DNA from: Octopus sinensis
Lineage: Eukaryota
DNA: 64,000 bases
Direction of reading: 5' to 3'
Assembly (NCBI RefSeq): GCF_006345805.1
Contig: NC_043010.1
Span: forward strand, 8,494,001 to 8,558,000
The translations under genes were made by a program, and so were the position numbers. Each line of letters begins with the position of its first letter. The stretch's first letter is position 1. Of the stretch, positions 11,241 to 24,380 are shown piece after piece. The notes beneath the pieces were generated by a model. It was given only the letters and a program-made list of their open reading frames with translations, searched no databases and was not told where the DNA came from.

Positions 11241-11508
11241 TACCATAGTGGTATGAAAAAGTTCTTGGACTAATTCTGTAGCACACTAACAGACTACAGC
11301 ACACAGTTCAATGCACAATGAGAGCTAGCAGTGACCTTCATGAGGCAGTGGGTTCAGTGACATTTGCTGCATTTACTTTGCAAGTTGTGTGTGAATGGTT
11401 ATGATCAAGTGTATTGCTGTGCAAGGTGACTATTTCCAAGAGGATGATGTTAAAATTTGGTTAAATAAGGTTATTTTTTATTAAACATAACAAGTCCAGA
11501 AACTTTTG

Positions 11509-11515
<7 letters not shown>
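11241..11515. mobile_element. mariner-type MITE
   Basis: Degenerate TIRs GTATGAAAAAGTTCTTGGACT / AGTCCAGAAACTTTTGATAC with TA flanks. Confidence 0.6.
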
Positions 11516-11582
<67 letters not shown>

Positions 11583-12564
11583 TACCATCTTGAAAGGTAT
11601 CCTGGCATGGCACATCTTCAGTAAATCAACCCCTGTACTTATTTTTTAAAGTCTGGTATTTATTGTATCAGTCTCGTTTGTTAGCTGCTAATAGGCTTCT
11701 TTCAGTTTCCATGTAACAAATCTACACAAGATTTTGTTTAACTTGGGGCTACACTAGTCCAGTGTGCTACACCATGGGATTGAGCCTGAAACCACATAGT
11801 TTGGAAGCAAACTTCTTATCCCATAGGCCACACCTCCATCCATTCCAAAACGCTTGCAGCAATATTTGTCACTGATCCAGTGTTGCCTTTTCCTTATCAC
11901 ATGAATTATTTCTTACAAGATTTTTAATGTTCACTGCATTAAATATGTTAACACTATCTTGACTATTCTTTTTAAGTCGCTCAACTTAACCAAAACCAAT
12001 CTTGAATATTTTTTTCATAGTGTTTTTTTTCTCCATCTGTAGTTGCTATGGTTTCTAGTGCCATGAATATAATACTATTGACCACAAAAACTGAAATACA
12101 ATTGTCAAATAGCAAATAATTAATGTATCCATATATCAAGAGATAATTAGTAACTCAGGGTGACTTTAGTGCAGTCTCTGTTGTTTCTAGACATTCTGTG
12201 ATTAATAAGGATTGGATGTATTGATGTTTTCTGTCTTTATGTGACAGTAGACAGACATTGCAAGGCAACTTAATATACTTTTCTTTAATACATTACTTAA
12301 AGAAAGCTATAAAAAAAAACAAACACAGAAAAAAACAAACAAACATGTAATATAAGATTACTAAAAGAAAGAATTGTGCAATTAAGAGAAGACAGCTCTT
12401 GCTGAAATTAAGGAGTGACATTTAAAACACATTTTTGCAGCAAGCAGTCAAGTTAAAATGTTGAATTAAAATAGATGTAGTCAGAGGAGTGTTAGTGTAA
12501 GAGTAGCAGTAGTGGTTTGTCTTTAGAAAGATTTTAATTCTGATAAAAAAACAAAAAACAAAAA

Positions 12565-12935
12565 CAGGAGTGGCTGTGTGGTAAGTAGCTTGCTAACCAA
12601 CCACATGGTTCTGGGTTCAGTCCCACTGCGTGGCATCTTGGGCAAGTGTCTTCTGCTATAGCCCCGGGCCAACCAATGCCTTGTGAGTGGATTTGGTAGA
12701 CGGAAACTGAAAGAAGCCTGTCGTATATATATATATGTGTGTGTGTGTGTTTGTGTGTCTTTGTTTGTCCCTCTAGCATTGCTTGACAACCGATGCTGGT
12801 GTGTTTACGTCACTTAGCGGTTTGGCAAAAGAGACCGATAGAATAAGTACTGGGCTTACAAAGAATAAGTCCTGGGGTCGATTTGCATGGCCGCAGTCAA
12901 ATGACTGAAACAAGTAAAAAAGAGTAAAGAGTAAA
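12565..12935 (+). mobile_element. SINE family A with internal deletions
   Basis: Matches family consensus. Confidence 0.9.
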
Positions 12936-13493
12936 AACAAAAACAAATTATAGTCATTATTATTTAGCCCCAGGACAGACCTGATCTGATAGACTTGTGC
13001 TCAAAGGCATTCTAACCATCTATATATTTTTTCTGTCATCATGCATCGAAGGCAATATAATACAAAGTATCCTTCTATTTTGAAGAGGATAAAGTATAAT
13101 TTTGGGATATATTTGGATATTTGGCAGTTATCTCATGTAGGTTCAATCTTCCCACATTTGCTCCTAACAAAATGGAGTGTATCAGCAGGATACAATCAAA
13201 TATCAATATTGATTCTTGTTATGTTTTAGCACCAGGTTAGCTCATTATAAAGCAGACTTAAGACTAAAGTTGTTCCAGCTGTGACCATCATGGTTTAATT
13301 TTCTGATCAGAGTGTCTCTAACATTTCATTATCTGTTTTTGCTTTTTAGGAAGGTTTTTTTTTTATGATAGGATAATTTGAGGGGAATTTTACATCTCTT
13401 TCTAGTATCAACATGAAACTCCTTTGCTGATTCATGTAAATATGATTACACACACACACACACATTCACATAGATGTATCTAGATAGATATAA

Positions 13494-13530
<37 letters not shown>

Positions 13531-13561
13531 TATAATATATTAATATATATATATTATATGT

Positions 13562-13646
13562 AGAAAAATACAAACTGGGACAAGAACGTAAAACATTTAG
13601 AAGACGATACAAAAAACACGGACGGGACATTTGAAGCCTTCAATTC
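13562..13646 (+). repeat. Interspersed family P3 fragment (probable PLE terminal segment)
   Basis: GGGACAAGAACG.AAAACAT...GAAGACGATACAAAAA..CACGGACGGG shared with 56481 and 63556; always beside (TA)n or (GATA)n. Confidence 0.6.
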
Positions 13647-13971
13647 ATATTTATATATATATCTTTATATGTGTGTGTATATATATATATATATATCTTT
13701 ATATGTATGTATATATATATATATATATATATAATTTCATAATTTCATAATGTGATGTAATTCTTTGGCATAGCAATTGCATGCGGCTGAAGAGAGCTTT
13801 AAACCATCTGTTATGTCGATTATACATTGATGTAAGAACAGGTTGTTTTATAAAGCTTGAAACACATGTACCGCGACATCCTTTGTGTTCTGTTTTTTAT
13901 TTCATTTGATGCATATACCCTCTCACCTCTGCAACTAGCTGGGATATACACTTATCAAGTATTCATCCTGA

Positions 13972-14014
<43 letters not shown>

Positions 14015-14902
14015 GGGGGTTTAGGTGATAGGTATACTGGGTAGTTGCCGTAACAGATTACCAGGGTTCTAGTCTTGTATCAGAGACAGGGGTTATGGTT
14101 TTTTACAGCTGGAAGCATTCCGAATACAAACCATTTCACAGTGTGGACTGGGTCCTTTTAAAAGGCACCTGCACTGACAGGGTTACCAAGTACTTGCCAG
14201 ACAAAAAAAAAACTCTTTTGAGAGGGGCGGGGGCATTGGAGGAGGTGATCTTGTGTCAGATGATGAAAGGTTATAGTGAGACTGAGACAGAAACAGGTGT
14301 CTTGTTGTAGAGGAGGTACAAGGTTACCCAGCTGCTGCTGCTGGTGGTGGTGGTGGTGGGGGAGATCAGGAATGAAAGTAGAAACAGATGCTCTGCTTCA
14401 AAGGAAATACATAGTTACCCAACCTGAGGGAAGTCTGGGAGAAGGAGAGAGAGAGTGGAAGACAGTAGGATAGAGATAGTGACAGTGCCAGGCATACTCA
14501 AAATGGACAGGGATCAGAATATAAATGGGATGGTTGAGTAAAGGAAGAGAGGGATATAGATGGTGACAAGTGCCAGGGTAAACCCTTGAGGTTCAAATGT
14601 CATAATATAAGGGGCAGGATATTGCAAGGAAGCATGATTAGAGAATGCAGAGGAGGGGGGAGTGGCAAAAACTTGGTTATATGTAGAGTTGGGGGTGGGG
14701 GATACTGGATAACAATCATACAGAGGAACAGGGCCATGAGAACAGGATTGGGGAGTGAAAGGTCGGGCGTAGTGTATGAAGGAAGAAATGTGAGGAAGAA
14801 AAGAAAAGTAGAGATGTAGATTGGTTTGTTGGGTCAGGGTGTGTGAAAAGTTTTTTTTGTTATGTGTGGGTGCAACACACAGGCCGGGGGTTAGCAGATA
14901 TC

Positions 14903-15133
14903 TGTTTCTTTATTACCCACAAGGGGCTAAACACAGAGGGGACAAACAAGGACAGACAAACGTATTAAGTCGATTGACATTGACCCCAGTGCGTAACTGG
15001 TACTTAATTTATCGACCCCGAAAGGATGAAAGGCAAAGTCGACCTCGGCGGAATTTGAACCCAGAACGCAGCGGCGGATGAAAAAATACTGCTAAGCATT
15101 TCGCCCGGCGTGCTAACGATTCGGCCAGCTGGT
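14903..15133 (-). mobile_element. SINE family B with 13-bp TSD
   Basis: GTTAGCAGATATC at 14890-14902 and 15134-15146. Confidence 0.9.
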
Positions 15134-15384
15134 GTTAGCAGATATCAATGACACAGTGAGACAGGGTATGTGGGTGGAATACACAGGTTGGGAGCTAGTG
15201 GAGAGCAATGATACAGCAGGAAAGGGCCAAGAGGACAGTGTTGGGCAGCGGGAGGTAAGCATAGAGCATGAAGTGGAAATGAGTGGAAGAGAAGAGATGT
15301 AGAGATGTAGTTTGGTTTGCTGTGGTAGAATATGTGAGACGCTTTCTTGTTGAGTGCGGGTGGGATACACAGTGCTTCTAGAAC

Positions 15385-16504
15385 TCAGTTTCACTGAGGT
15401 GGGTGGCTCTTCTCAAGAACCCCATATCGCCAAACATCTTGGTCCATTGTCATTTCCTCCATGAGGCCCAACATCCAGAGATCGGTCCTTACCACATCAT
15501 CACATGTCTTCCTATGTCTTCCTCTTCTGCATGTACCATCTAATTTCAGTGATCGGCACATCTTTATGCAGCTGTCCTCATTCATATGCATCACATGTCC
15601 AAACCAATGTAGTCTTTCCCCTTGCATGCTACATTTGATTTCTCTTATGTCCAACTTTTCTCACAATACATTTGCACTTTGTTGAACATGCGCACTGCTG
15701 TTGTACATCCAACTGAGCATATTACCTTCATTTCTCTCTGGTCTTCTGCATTCAGAGCCCATGTCTCATAACCATGGAGTATAACCATTCACACACAAGC
15801 ATCATACAGTCTACATTTCATTCTGAGAGAGAGAGTCCTTTAGTTGCCAACAGCGGTAATAAGCTTTCTGAACTTCCTCCACTCAATTCTTAGTCTAGAA
15901 ATAATACTTTCAGAGCATCCTCCTCCACTGCTAATTTGGTCACCTAGGTAACAGAAACTATCTACAGCCTCAAGTGAGCCTCCTGGGCATTTGAGAAAAT
16001 ATGAGTCGCATGTACTTTTAGTGCTTATCGTTCCTGCACCTCTGCCACATACAAAGGTGACTTTTACTGTTAATCTACCTGTGATTCCATTGCACCTCTT
16101 ATGTATCCATAGTTTACACTGGGTGCAGCAAATGCAAGTTCTTCTAACTTCTTTCCTACGTATTGAGCAGGGCCATTTACCTGATGGAAAAGAGTTTTAT
16201 CTTCTTTCTTACTAACAACAAATTTGACCTTTGCTAGGTTAACTTTAAGGCACTTTGATTCCAGGTTTTGTTTTCATATCTGGAATTTCTTCTCCAATTC
16301 TGCTAAAGATTCTGCAATAAGAGCAAGGTCATCAGCATATAGCAGTTCCCATGGGCACCCAGTTTTGAATTCCTCTTTTATGGCCTGTAGGACTACAAAG
16401 AATAAGAGTGGGATGAGAACTGATCCCTGGTGAACCCCTAGCTGTACGCTAAATTCATTACTGTATTCATGGCTGACTCTCAACTTACTGACAGCACCAC
16501 TGTA
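15385..16504 (-). pseudogene. RTE-clade LINE remnant (RT domain to C-terminus), frameshifted with stops
   Basis: GVHQGSVLIPLLF...ELLYADDLALIAES (RT motifs) and RLHWFGHV...GRHRKTCDDVVRTDL (RTE C-terminal motif). Confidence 0.9.
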
Positions 16505-16718
16505 TATTCATTTGTCTAACTACCAGTTATGCTCTGAGATGAATTCCATTAATTCATTCTCGTTCCATCTTATTAAAAATTATTGGCTGTGGGTCAACGT
16601 AATTTAATATGTTTAACAACAATAACAAACAATTATCAAAAAGCGCTAACGACATTGTAATTCATTTTTTTGTCACGACTTTAACGTGTAATGCCTTGTT
16701 TATTCTTTTGGCATCCAG

Positions 16719-16773
16719 AAAAGTCAATAATTAAAAATGCAAGGGAGTGCTGCAACACAGAAGTTAGCACCTG
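16719..16773 (+). CDS. Possible start-codon exon, ATG at 16737, MQGSAATQKLAP...
   Basis: ttgtttattcttttggcatccag| acceptor, upstream in-frame TAA, AAAATG context, |gtaaat donor. Confidence 0.2.
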
Positions 16774-17046
16774 GTAAATTCAATCAATAACAATATTTTT
16801 GATAAACAACAATTTTGTACAAAAATCTAGTGTTGTTATGCAGTCAGTTACATTGGTTACATGTATGGCTACAGTTACAAGACAGTTTTGTTTTGCATAT
16901 TGATTTCTAATGCAACCACAAAGCCATGTATTTTTGTACAAAGAACTTGTTCAAATCAACCTTAGTATTTGACTGGTACTTTATTTTATTGACTCCTAGA
17001 AGTATAAAAGGCAAGTGTTAACCTTGGTAACTAATTAAACTTTTAA

Positions 17047-17281
17047 GGCGGCGAGCTGGCAGAAACGTTAGCACACCAGGCAAAATGCGTAGCCGTATTT
17101 CATCTGCCGTTACGTTCTGAGCTCAAATTCCGCGGAGGTCGACTTTGCCTTTCATACTTTCGGGGTCGATAAATTAAGTACCAGTTACGCACTGGGGTCG
17201 ATCTAATCGACTTAATCCGTTTGTCTGTCCTTGTTTGTCCCCTCTGTGTTTAGCCCCTTGTGGGTAATAAAGAAATAGGTA
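17047..17281 (+). mobile_element. SINE family B, full length
   Basis: GGCGGCGAGCTGGCAGAAACGTTAGC...GTTTAGCCCCTTGTGGGTAATAAAGAAATAGGTAT. Confidence 0.92.
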
Positions 17282-17916
17282 TAATGAATCTGTTTGTTGC
17301 AAGTTCTGGATTTATATGGCTTCAACTGACAGGACCAATGTCAGACCCCATGTTTGAGGCATACAGAATAGTAATATGGATGAAGCTTTCTCTAGCAGAA
17401 AAGTAAATGCCAAGAATGAATGCTGTTGGTTGACAACCCAATGATGTCAACAAAGTTCATAGAGAATTTGGTAGCACTTTCCAACAGACTGAGGTCTCTG
17501 TGATATAAATTCTGTTAGTTACAACAAGCTGTCTATGGTGTGGTGCAACTCTAACTAATTATGCACCAAAGAAACTGCTTCTAATCAATAAAAGTCGGAG
17601 CCTGGAGTCCTAGAAATGACACTTGATGTATAATTGAATGGTTATTAATAGGTAAGAAAACATGATTAGGAAGTCAAAAAACAAATTGGTATCTTTTATC
17701 TTTTTGCTTGTTTCCGTCATTGGACTGTAGCTATGATGGACACTGCCTTAATGGGTTTAATCAAACAAGCCGAACCAAGTGCTTATTTAAGTCTTGTATC
17801 TTTTATATCAGCCTCTTTTGCGGAACTGTTAGGTTGTGGGAATGTAAACAAACCAACACAAGTTACTGAGTGGAGATGGAGGCACACACTAAATCCCCCC
17901 CATATATATATATCTA

Positions 17917-17949
<33 letters not shown>

Positions 17950-17952
<3 letters not shown>

Positions 17953-18207
17953 CCGGTGGCACATAAAAAGCACCATCCGTCCGTGGCTGTTTGCCAGCTC
18001 CGTCTGGCACCTGTGCAGGTGGCACGTAAAAAGCACCCACTACACTCACGGAGTGGTTGGTGTTAGGAAGGGCATCCAGCTGTAGAAACACTGCCAGATC
18101 AGACTGGGCCTGATGCAGCCTTCTGGCTTCCCAGACCCCAGTTAAACCGTCCAACCCATGCCAGCATGGAAAGCGGACGCTAAATGATGATGATGATGAT
18201 GATGATA
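17950..18207 (+). mobile_element. RTE-derived non-autonomous element / Ceph-type SINE body and tail
   Basis: GGTGTTAGGAAGGGCATCCAGCTGTAGAAA body and CCAACCCATGCCAGCATGGAAAGCGGACGCTAAA(TGA)n tail. Confidence 0.75.
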
Positions 18208-18674
18208 TATGTGATGGGTTTCTACACAATTTCTTTCTACCACATTCACTCAAAAGGTATTAGTTAGCCCGAGGAGATAATAAGAAAAACAATTATCTTT
18301 AAGTTAATTACTCATCCAAACATGGGTTTTGTTCCCTTTTCCATAGATTTTCTGGAATTATATTTTAAAAAGTCTACAGAATTCAATATGCCCACCATTC
18401 CTGATTGTAAAATTCACAGCGGTCTTCTTGTGTTCTTGTAATTGTGATTCTCATTAAAAATGCTCATTTTTGGAAAAAATTATAAATTTATATATGTATA
18501 CATATGCATATATAGGCATACATACATATATATATAAACGTGTGTATATGTGTGTGGGGTGGGTGGGGTTGGATGCATGCGTGCACGTGTGTGTGTCTGT
18601 GTGTGCATGTTTTGTTTTTTTAATAAATAAATAAAACAGTAGCCTTTTAGCAGTAAAGATAACATCCACAGAAT

Positions 18675-18792
18675 GGGAGAGAGAGATGAGAGAGATAGAG
18701 AAAGATAAAGAGATATAGAGACGAAAAGTAGTGGAGGACAGAGAGAGGAAGATAGAGAGAGAGAGTGAGAAAGAGAGAGAGAGAGAAAAAGA

Positions 18793-18852
<60 letters not shown>

Positions 18853-18992
18853 AAGAGAGAGAGAGGGGGAGAGAGAGAGAATAAGATAAAGATAGTGTGA
18901 GAAAAGAAGAGAAAGAGAATGAAAGATAGAGAAAGATGAAGAGATATAGAGCCGAAAAGTAATGGAGGACAGAGAGAGGAAGATAAGTAGGT

Positions 18993-19025
<33 letters not shown>

Positions 19026-19061
19026 AAGAGAGAGATAGAGAAAAAGAGAGAGAGAAAGAGA

Positions 19062-19119
<58 letters not shown>

Positions 19120-19190
19120 ATAAGATAAAGATAGAGCGAGAAAAGAAGAGAGAGAGAGCATGAAAGAGCGAGAGAGAGATAATGATATAC
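18675..19190. repeat. (GA)/(GAAA)-rich microsatellite block with an internal ~250-bp duplication
   Basis: GAAAAGTA.TGGAGGACAGAGAGAGGAAGATA occurs at ~18724 and ~18954; ATAAGATAAAGATAG occurs twice. Confidence 0.85.
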
Positions 19191-19559
19191 AGAGAATAAA
19201 TGAGGAAGAGAGACGGAGAGGATGAGAGGAGAAGGAATTTAGTTTAAAAACCTTAACGGTGTGTTAGTTTTAATTATGCTCCGGTGCTCTGATAGTTCTG
19301 TGGCAAGTGTTTGCAGCATCAAGACACAAAGCTACTCGTGGACAATTGATGAATATTTATTAGAGAGCGTCTATAAAGCTTAATTGATGCAGTGTTTCAC
19401 TGTGTGTGGTGGTATTATTCTTTGTTTAAATGGAGAACATGAAGAACATTGTTTCTTTTCATCTCTCTCTCTCTCTCTATTATATCTCCCCCTTTTTTCT
19501 CTTTCTCTTCTTTTGTTGTTTTTTTTGTTTTTTTTTTTTTTTGTTTGTTCTTCTTCTCT

Positions 19560-19636
19560 GTTGTTGCCATTATTACTATTTGTACTATCATTATCATTAT
19601 TACCACCACCACCACCACCGCCACCGCCACCACCGC

Positions 19637-19681
<45 letters not shown>

Positions 19682-19878
19682 TATCATCATTATCATCATC
19701 ATCATCATCATCATCATAATCATTATCATCATTATCATCATTTTCCTCATCATCATCATAATCATCATCATCATCATCATCATCATCATTATCATCATTA
19801 TCATCATTTTCCTCCTCATAATCATCATCATCATTATCCTCATCATTATAATCATTATCATCATTATCATCATTTTCC

Positions 19879-19911
<33 letters not shown>

Positions 19912-19959
19912 ACATTATCATCATCATCATCATCATCATCATCATTATCATCATTTTTC

Positions 19960-19990
<31 letters not shown>

Positions 19991-20040
19991 TTTCCTCCTC
20001 CTCATCATCATCATCATAATCATTGTTGTTGTTGTTGTTG
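19560..20040. repeat. ~450-bp (CAT)n-rich microsatellite
   Basis: Direct inspection; it generates the poly-H, poly-I and poly-M ORFs. Confidence 0.95.
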
Positions 20041-20119
20041 AAAAATTTAACTTTGATGTTTGAATATTTATTTATTTTAAATAAAACGCACGGCCACTTC
20101 GGATTTAAATAACCGCATT

Positions 20120-20384
20120 TTAATTAAGTCTACTGGGGTTTGGCAGATGCTGGTGGGCTTTCACTTCATTCTGAAAACAAATTCCAAGAGAATTAAACTT
20201 GGGATGTTTAAAGTTCCAGTATTTGCAAGACTTTAATATCAAATCATAATAATATTGGTGATTCATTTGTTTAGATTTTTATCAAAATTACATTTCAAGC
20301 AAAAAGAAGAATGATAAAATTCTGTTGACAGATGTAAAAATTGCCTTTCTCCATCTCACTCACCACACGAGTTAGGCTCAATAA
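20120..20384 (-). CDS. Possible gene 3' end, join(20384..20364,20170..20120): LLSLTRV-NEVKAHQHLPNPSRLN*
   Basis: |gtgagt donor at 20363, good acceptor tctcttggaatttgttttcag|, phases 0/0 match, AATAAA on the minus strand at ~20067-20076. Confidence 0.25.
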
Positions 20385-20411
20385 CTTGACATAAGAATCA
20401 TAGTATACATA

Positions 20412-20815
20412 GGCGCAGGAGTGGCTGTGTGGTAAGTAGCTTGCTAACCAACCACATGGTACCGGGTTCAGTCCCACTGCGTGGCATCTTGGGCAAGTGC
20501 CTTCTGCTATAGCCACGGGCCGACCAATGCCTTGTGAGTGGATTTGGTAGACAGAAACTGAAAGAAGCCTGTCGTATATATGTATATATATATGCATGTG
20601 TTTGTTTGTGTGTCTGTGTTTGTCCCCCTAGCATTGCTTGACAACCGATGCGTGTGTTTATGTCCCCGTCACTTAGCGGTTCGGCAAAAGAGACCGATAG
20701 CATAAGTACTGGGCTTACAAAAAAAAGAATAAGTTCCGGGGTCGAGTTGCTCGATTAAAGGCGGTGCTCCAGCATGGCCGCAGTCAAATGACTGAAACAA
20801 GTAAAAGAGTAAAAG
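20412..20815 (+). mobile_element. SINE family A with 10-bp TSD
   Basis: AGTATACATA at 20402-20411 and 20816-20825. Confidence 0.93.
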
Positions 20816-20934
20816 AGTATACATATACATACATATATATATGTATTTATACATAATTAGGGATAAAACCATTTTAATGATTGTATCACATGGCCAGTGT
20901 GTAATAAAACCATGCAGGTAACAATTTATACTAT

Positions 20935-21345
20935 TCTCTTTTATTCTCTTTTACTTGTTTCAGTCATTTGACTGTGGCCATGCTGGAGCACCGCCTTTAG
21001 TGGTGCAACTCGACTCCGGGACTTATTCTTTTGTAAGCCCAGTACTTATTCTATCGGTCTCTATTGCCGAACCGCTAAGTGACGGGGACGTAAACACACC
21101 AGCATCGGTTGTCAAGCAATGCTAGGGGGACAAACACAGACATACACTCACACACATATACATATATATATATGCATATATACGACGGGCTTCTTTCAGT
21201 TTCCGTCTACCAAATCCACTCACAAGGCTTTGGTCGGCCCGAGGCTATAGCAGAAGACACTTACCCAAGATGCCACGCAGTGGGACTGAACCCGGAACCA
21301 TGTGGTTGGTAAGCAAGCTACTTACCACACAGCCACTCCTGCGCC
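20935..21345 (-). mobile_element. SINE family A (tail-to-tail with the previous copy)
   Basis: Matches family consensus. Confidence 0.93.
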
Positions 21346-21549
21346 TACCAATATATAATAATTATATTAAAGGATGCAGATAAACATCACCAACATGCTA
21401 GAAATAGATGCCAAATGACTCTAAAAACCACATTAACACTCTATTAGCACAGGTTTTAAGCGAGCAGTGTTTTTAAAGCTTGTTAGTGGAGCTTAACCAC
21501 ACCAATTAACATAATTATATGTATATAATTATATATTAGTATACAAGAA

Positions 21550-21905
21550 TGTTTGCAAAAGGGACATGAAGGCCTGCAACATCAATATTAGCAATTGGGA
21601 AGCAGTTGCCAGCAACCATGGAGATTGGTGACGTACCGTAAAAGAGGGAATACAATGGAGTGACAGAGAGAGAGAGAGGAGAAATGGAAAGACAAGAAAA
21701 GACGTCAACAAGAAACTATGACATTACAACCAGCAAGGAACAGTCTTCGCTACATTTGCGGCACCTGCCAGAGGGAGTGTTTGTCCAGGATAGGACTACA
21801 CAACCACAGCAGGAAATGTATTAGGACATGAAATGTAAAAGCCAGACTGGACTATTTTATGCGCAACTCCATTGTCTCCAGAGATAAAAAGGATGCCAAC
21901 CAACC
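21550..21905 (+). pseudogene. RTE-BovB-like LINE 3' end
   Basis: CKRDMKACNI...WEAVA and YICGTCQRECLSRIGLHNHSRKC (terminal C2H-type motif of BovB-like RTEs); tail CCATTGTCTCCAGAGAT.AAAAGGATGCCAAC. Confidence 0.85.
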
Positions 21906-22589
21906 ATATGTATATATATACATATATATAAAACTGAATGCTATTATTCTGTTAAAATGTCTTATTGATGAGTTTCATTTCTTCATTTCCCTGAAGAGAA
22001 GATTACATTGTTTTACCCCATTTTATTCCTTTGGAATAATATCAGTGATATCTTCGAAACGTGTGTCGGAAGTAAAAGAATTTGAATAGCACATGCTTTT
22101 AACTCCATTTATATATATATACATAAATGAATATATACGTAAATATATGTAAATGTTGAACATTCGAATGAGGGCTCAACACCGCATTGGTGGATATATA
22201 ATTTTTTATTTGTATATTAAAGCTACCATTGGTTTCATGTTGAGAAGAGTGGGAAAATATCGAAGTATCTTAACAATTCATGAAGCCGAACACATTGAGA
22301 AAGGTGGAAAACATTTTGGAAAACTTATATATATTGATGTCAAATTTTGATACTAGGCCAGGAAGTTCAGAGGAGGAGTTAAGTCAATATCATAGAAATC
22401 AGAGTTCATCATTGTATTTATCGACCCTGAGCTGATAAAAATGATCTCAGCAGAATTTGAATTCAGCACATAAGGACAGACAAAATACTACTAAGCATTT
22501 TGTCCAGCATACTAACAATTCTGCCAGGTCACTGCCTTCACATACGCACATACACACACATTATATATATATATATATTATACATATGT

Positions 22590-22900
22590 GGAGGTGCAAT
22601 AGACCAGTGGTTAGGGCAACGGACTCGCGGTCGTAGGATCGCGGTTTCGATTTCCAGACTGGGCATTGTGAGTGTTTATTGAGCGAAAACACCTAAAGCT
22701 CCACGAGGCTCCAGCAGAGGATGGTGGCGGTCCCTGCCGTACTCTTTCACCACAGCTTTCTCTCACTCTTTCTTCTGTTAGCCTGCTCGCTTAGCCAGCG
22801 GGGTGGCATCATTTGAAGGCTAAAACAATGTGAAGCACATTGTGACCAGCGATGTGTAAGCAACATCTGATAGCCTGGTCGGTCACGTGATCACGTGATA
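22590..22900 (+). mobile_element. tRNA-derived SINE family D
   Basis: Head CAGTGGTTAGGGCA...GGTTTCGATTTCC; body TTGAGCGAAAACACCTAAAGCTCCACGAGG shared with 51317 and 51799. Confidence 0.85.
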
Positions 22901-22930
22901 TTATACATATATATTACCAACACTACATGC

Positions 22931-23003
22931 ATACAAGAGAATGCTGAAAAGTTCCTGGCTTTGGGTAAAAGAAACTCCGGGAGGACTCATTTAATTATGA
23001 TTT
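22931..23003. mobile_element. One terminus of the mariner MITE seen at 1099
   Basis: ATGCTGAAAAGTTCCTGGCTTTGGGTAAAAGAAA..C.GGAGGA. Confidence 0.65.
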
Positions 23004-23004
23004 T

Positions 23005-23236
23005 ACTCTTCCTGTCAAGTGTCCGAGATGAACCAATTTCGTGGCAGGAGGTGCAGATGAGGGCAGCTGCATCGAACTCTCTTATGCACCCAAATGTCAA
23101 TTCCGAAAAAGCATTCATGACGTAAAATTATGTAGCAACACCAAATGGTAGTGCCCCAGCATGGCCACAGCTTGTGAACTGAAACTGGATAAAATGAAAT
23201 AAAATAAAATAAAATAAAATAAAATAAAATAAAAAT
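23005..23236 (+). pseudogene. CR1/L2-group LINE extreme 3' end
   Basis: LSSVRDEPISWQEVQMRAAASNSLMHP parallels 45212-45632; 3' UTR GTGCCCCAGCATGGCCACAG...ACTGAAAC then (AAAAT)n. Confidence 0.75.
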
Positions 23237-24074
23237 AAAATATACTCCTCTCTGTTTTACACATATTTTGTAATAGTCCTGCAGCCTCCAGCCAGGCTTT
23301 CATGCATACATACATGCATACATACATACATACATACACACATACATACATACACACATACATACATACGCACATACATACATACATACATACACACATA
23401 CATACATACACACATACATACATACGCACATACATACACACATACATGCATACATACATACATACATATATACATACATACATGTATGAAGTATTTGTGT
23501 ATGTATGTATGTATGTATGTATGTATGTATGTATGTATGTACTGTACTGTATTGTACTGTATGTATGTATGTGTGTATGTATGTATGTATGTATGTATGT
23601 ACTGTACTGTATTGTACTGTATGTATGTATGTAGTGTTGGTAGACGTGGAACATTTTAGTTCTAATTATCAATTCTTGCTAACACAAACATGCATAATAA
23701 CCATTCAATACTCAAATTACTAATTGCACTTTATCATTTCTGCTGATGCATGCTGCATGTGCATCTGAAGTGCACCAACTATTTTATTACAAACAAAGTG
23801 TTTTGACCAAGAATAGTAAACATATGGAATGTTTACATCAGTTCATATCTGACCTGATTTATTTTCCTTGTTACACACTGCATCGTGTTACTTGCTTTTC
23901 CATGACTGCATATCTATCCAGAAATATGAATATAATATATTCTATCTTTGACACCAAAATTACATTCTCAGTGTATTTAGGAATAGCTATCTTCATCATA
24001 AACATGTATTTATGTACATATGTACACATGTATACATGCGGTTGAATATATATGTACATATGTGTGTATGTGCA

Positions 24075-24121
<47 letters not shown>

Positions 24122-24380
24122 AGAAATATTAAATTTCTAAATATCTCATAGAAATATGTACGGTGGTGGGGCGATAAAGTGATTAGGAAGCGTCGATGCT
24201 TCCTAGGGCTAAACAGCGGTGGTGTAATCCCCTACTGTCACGTTAAGTTGACAGTATACAACTAATATATATATATATATATATATATATTATGTGTATA
24301 TATATATATATATATTATATATATTATATGTATATATATATATACATATATATAATATATATATTATATATATATATATA

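Noticed and set aside
14075-14880. G-rich stretch with short ORFs
   Set aside because: Looks like degenerate repeat sequence related to the RTE-tailed family and partly duplicated at 15150-15385; no coding signal.
18454-19161. 235-aa Leu/Ser ORF
   Set aside because: Translation of the (CT)n strand of a GA microsatellite.
19384-20063. Poly-His, poly-Ile and poly-Met ORFs of ~200 aa
   Set aside because: Translations of a (CAT)n microsatellite.
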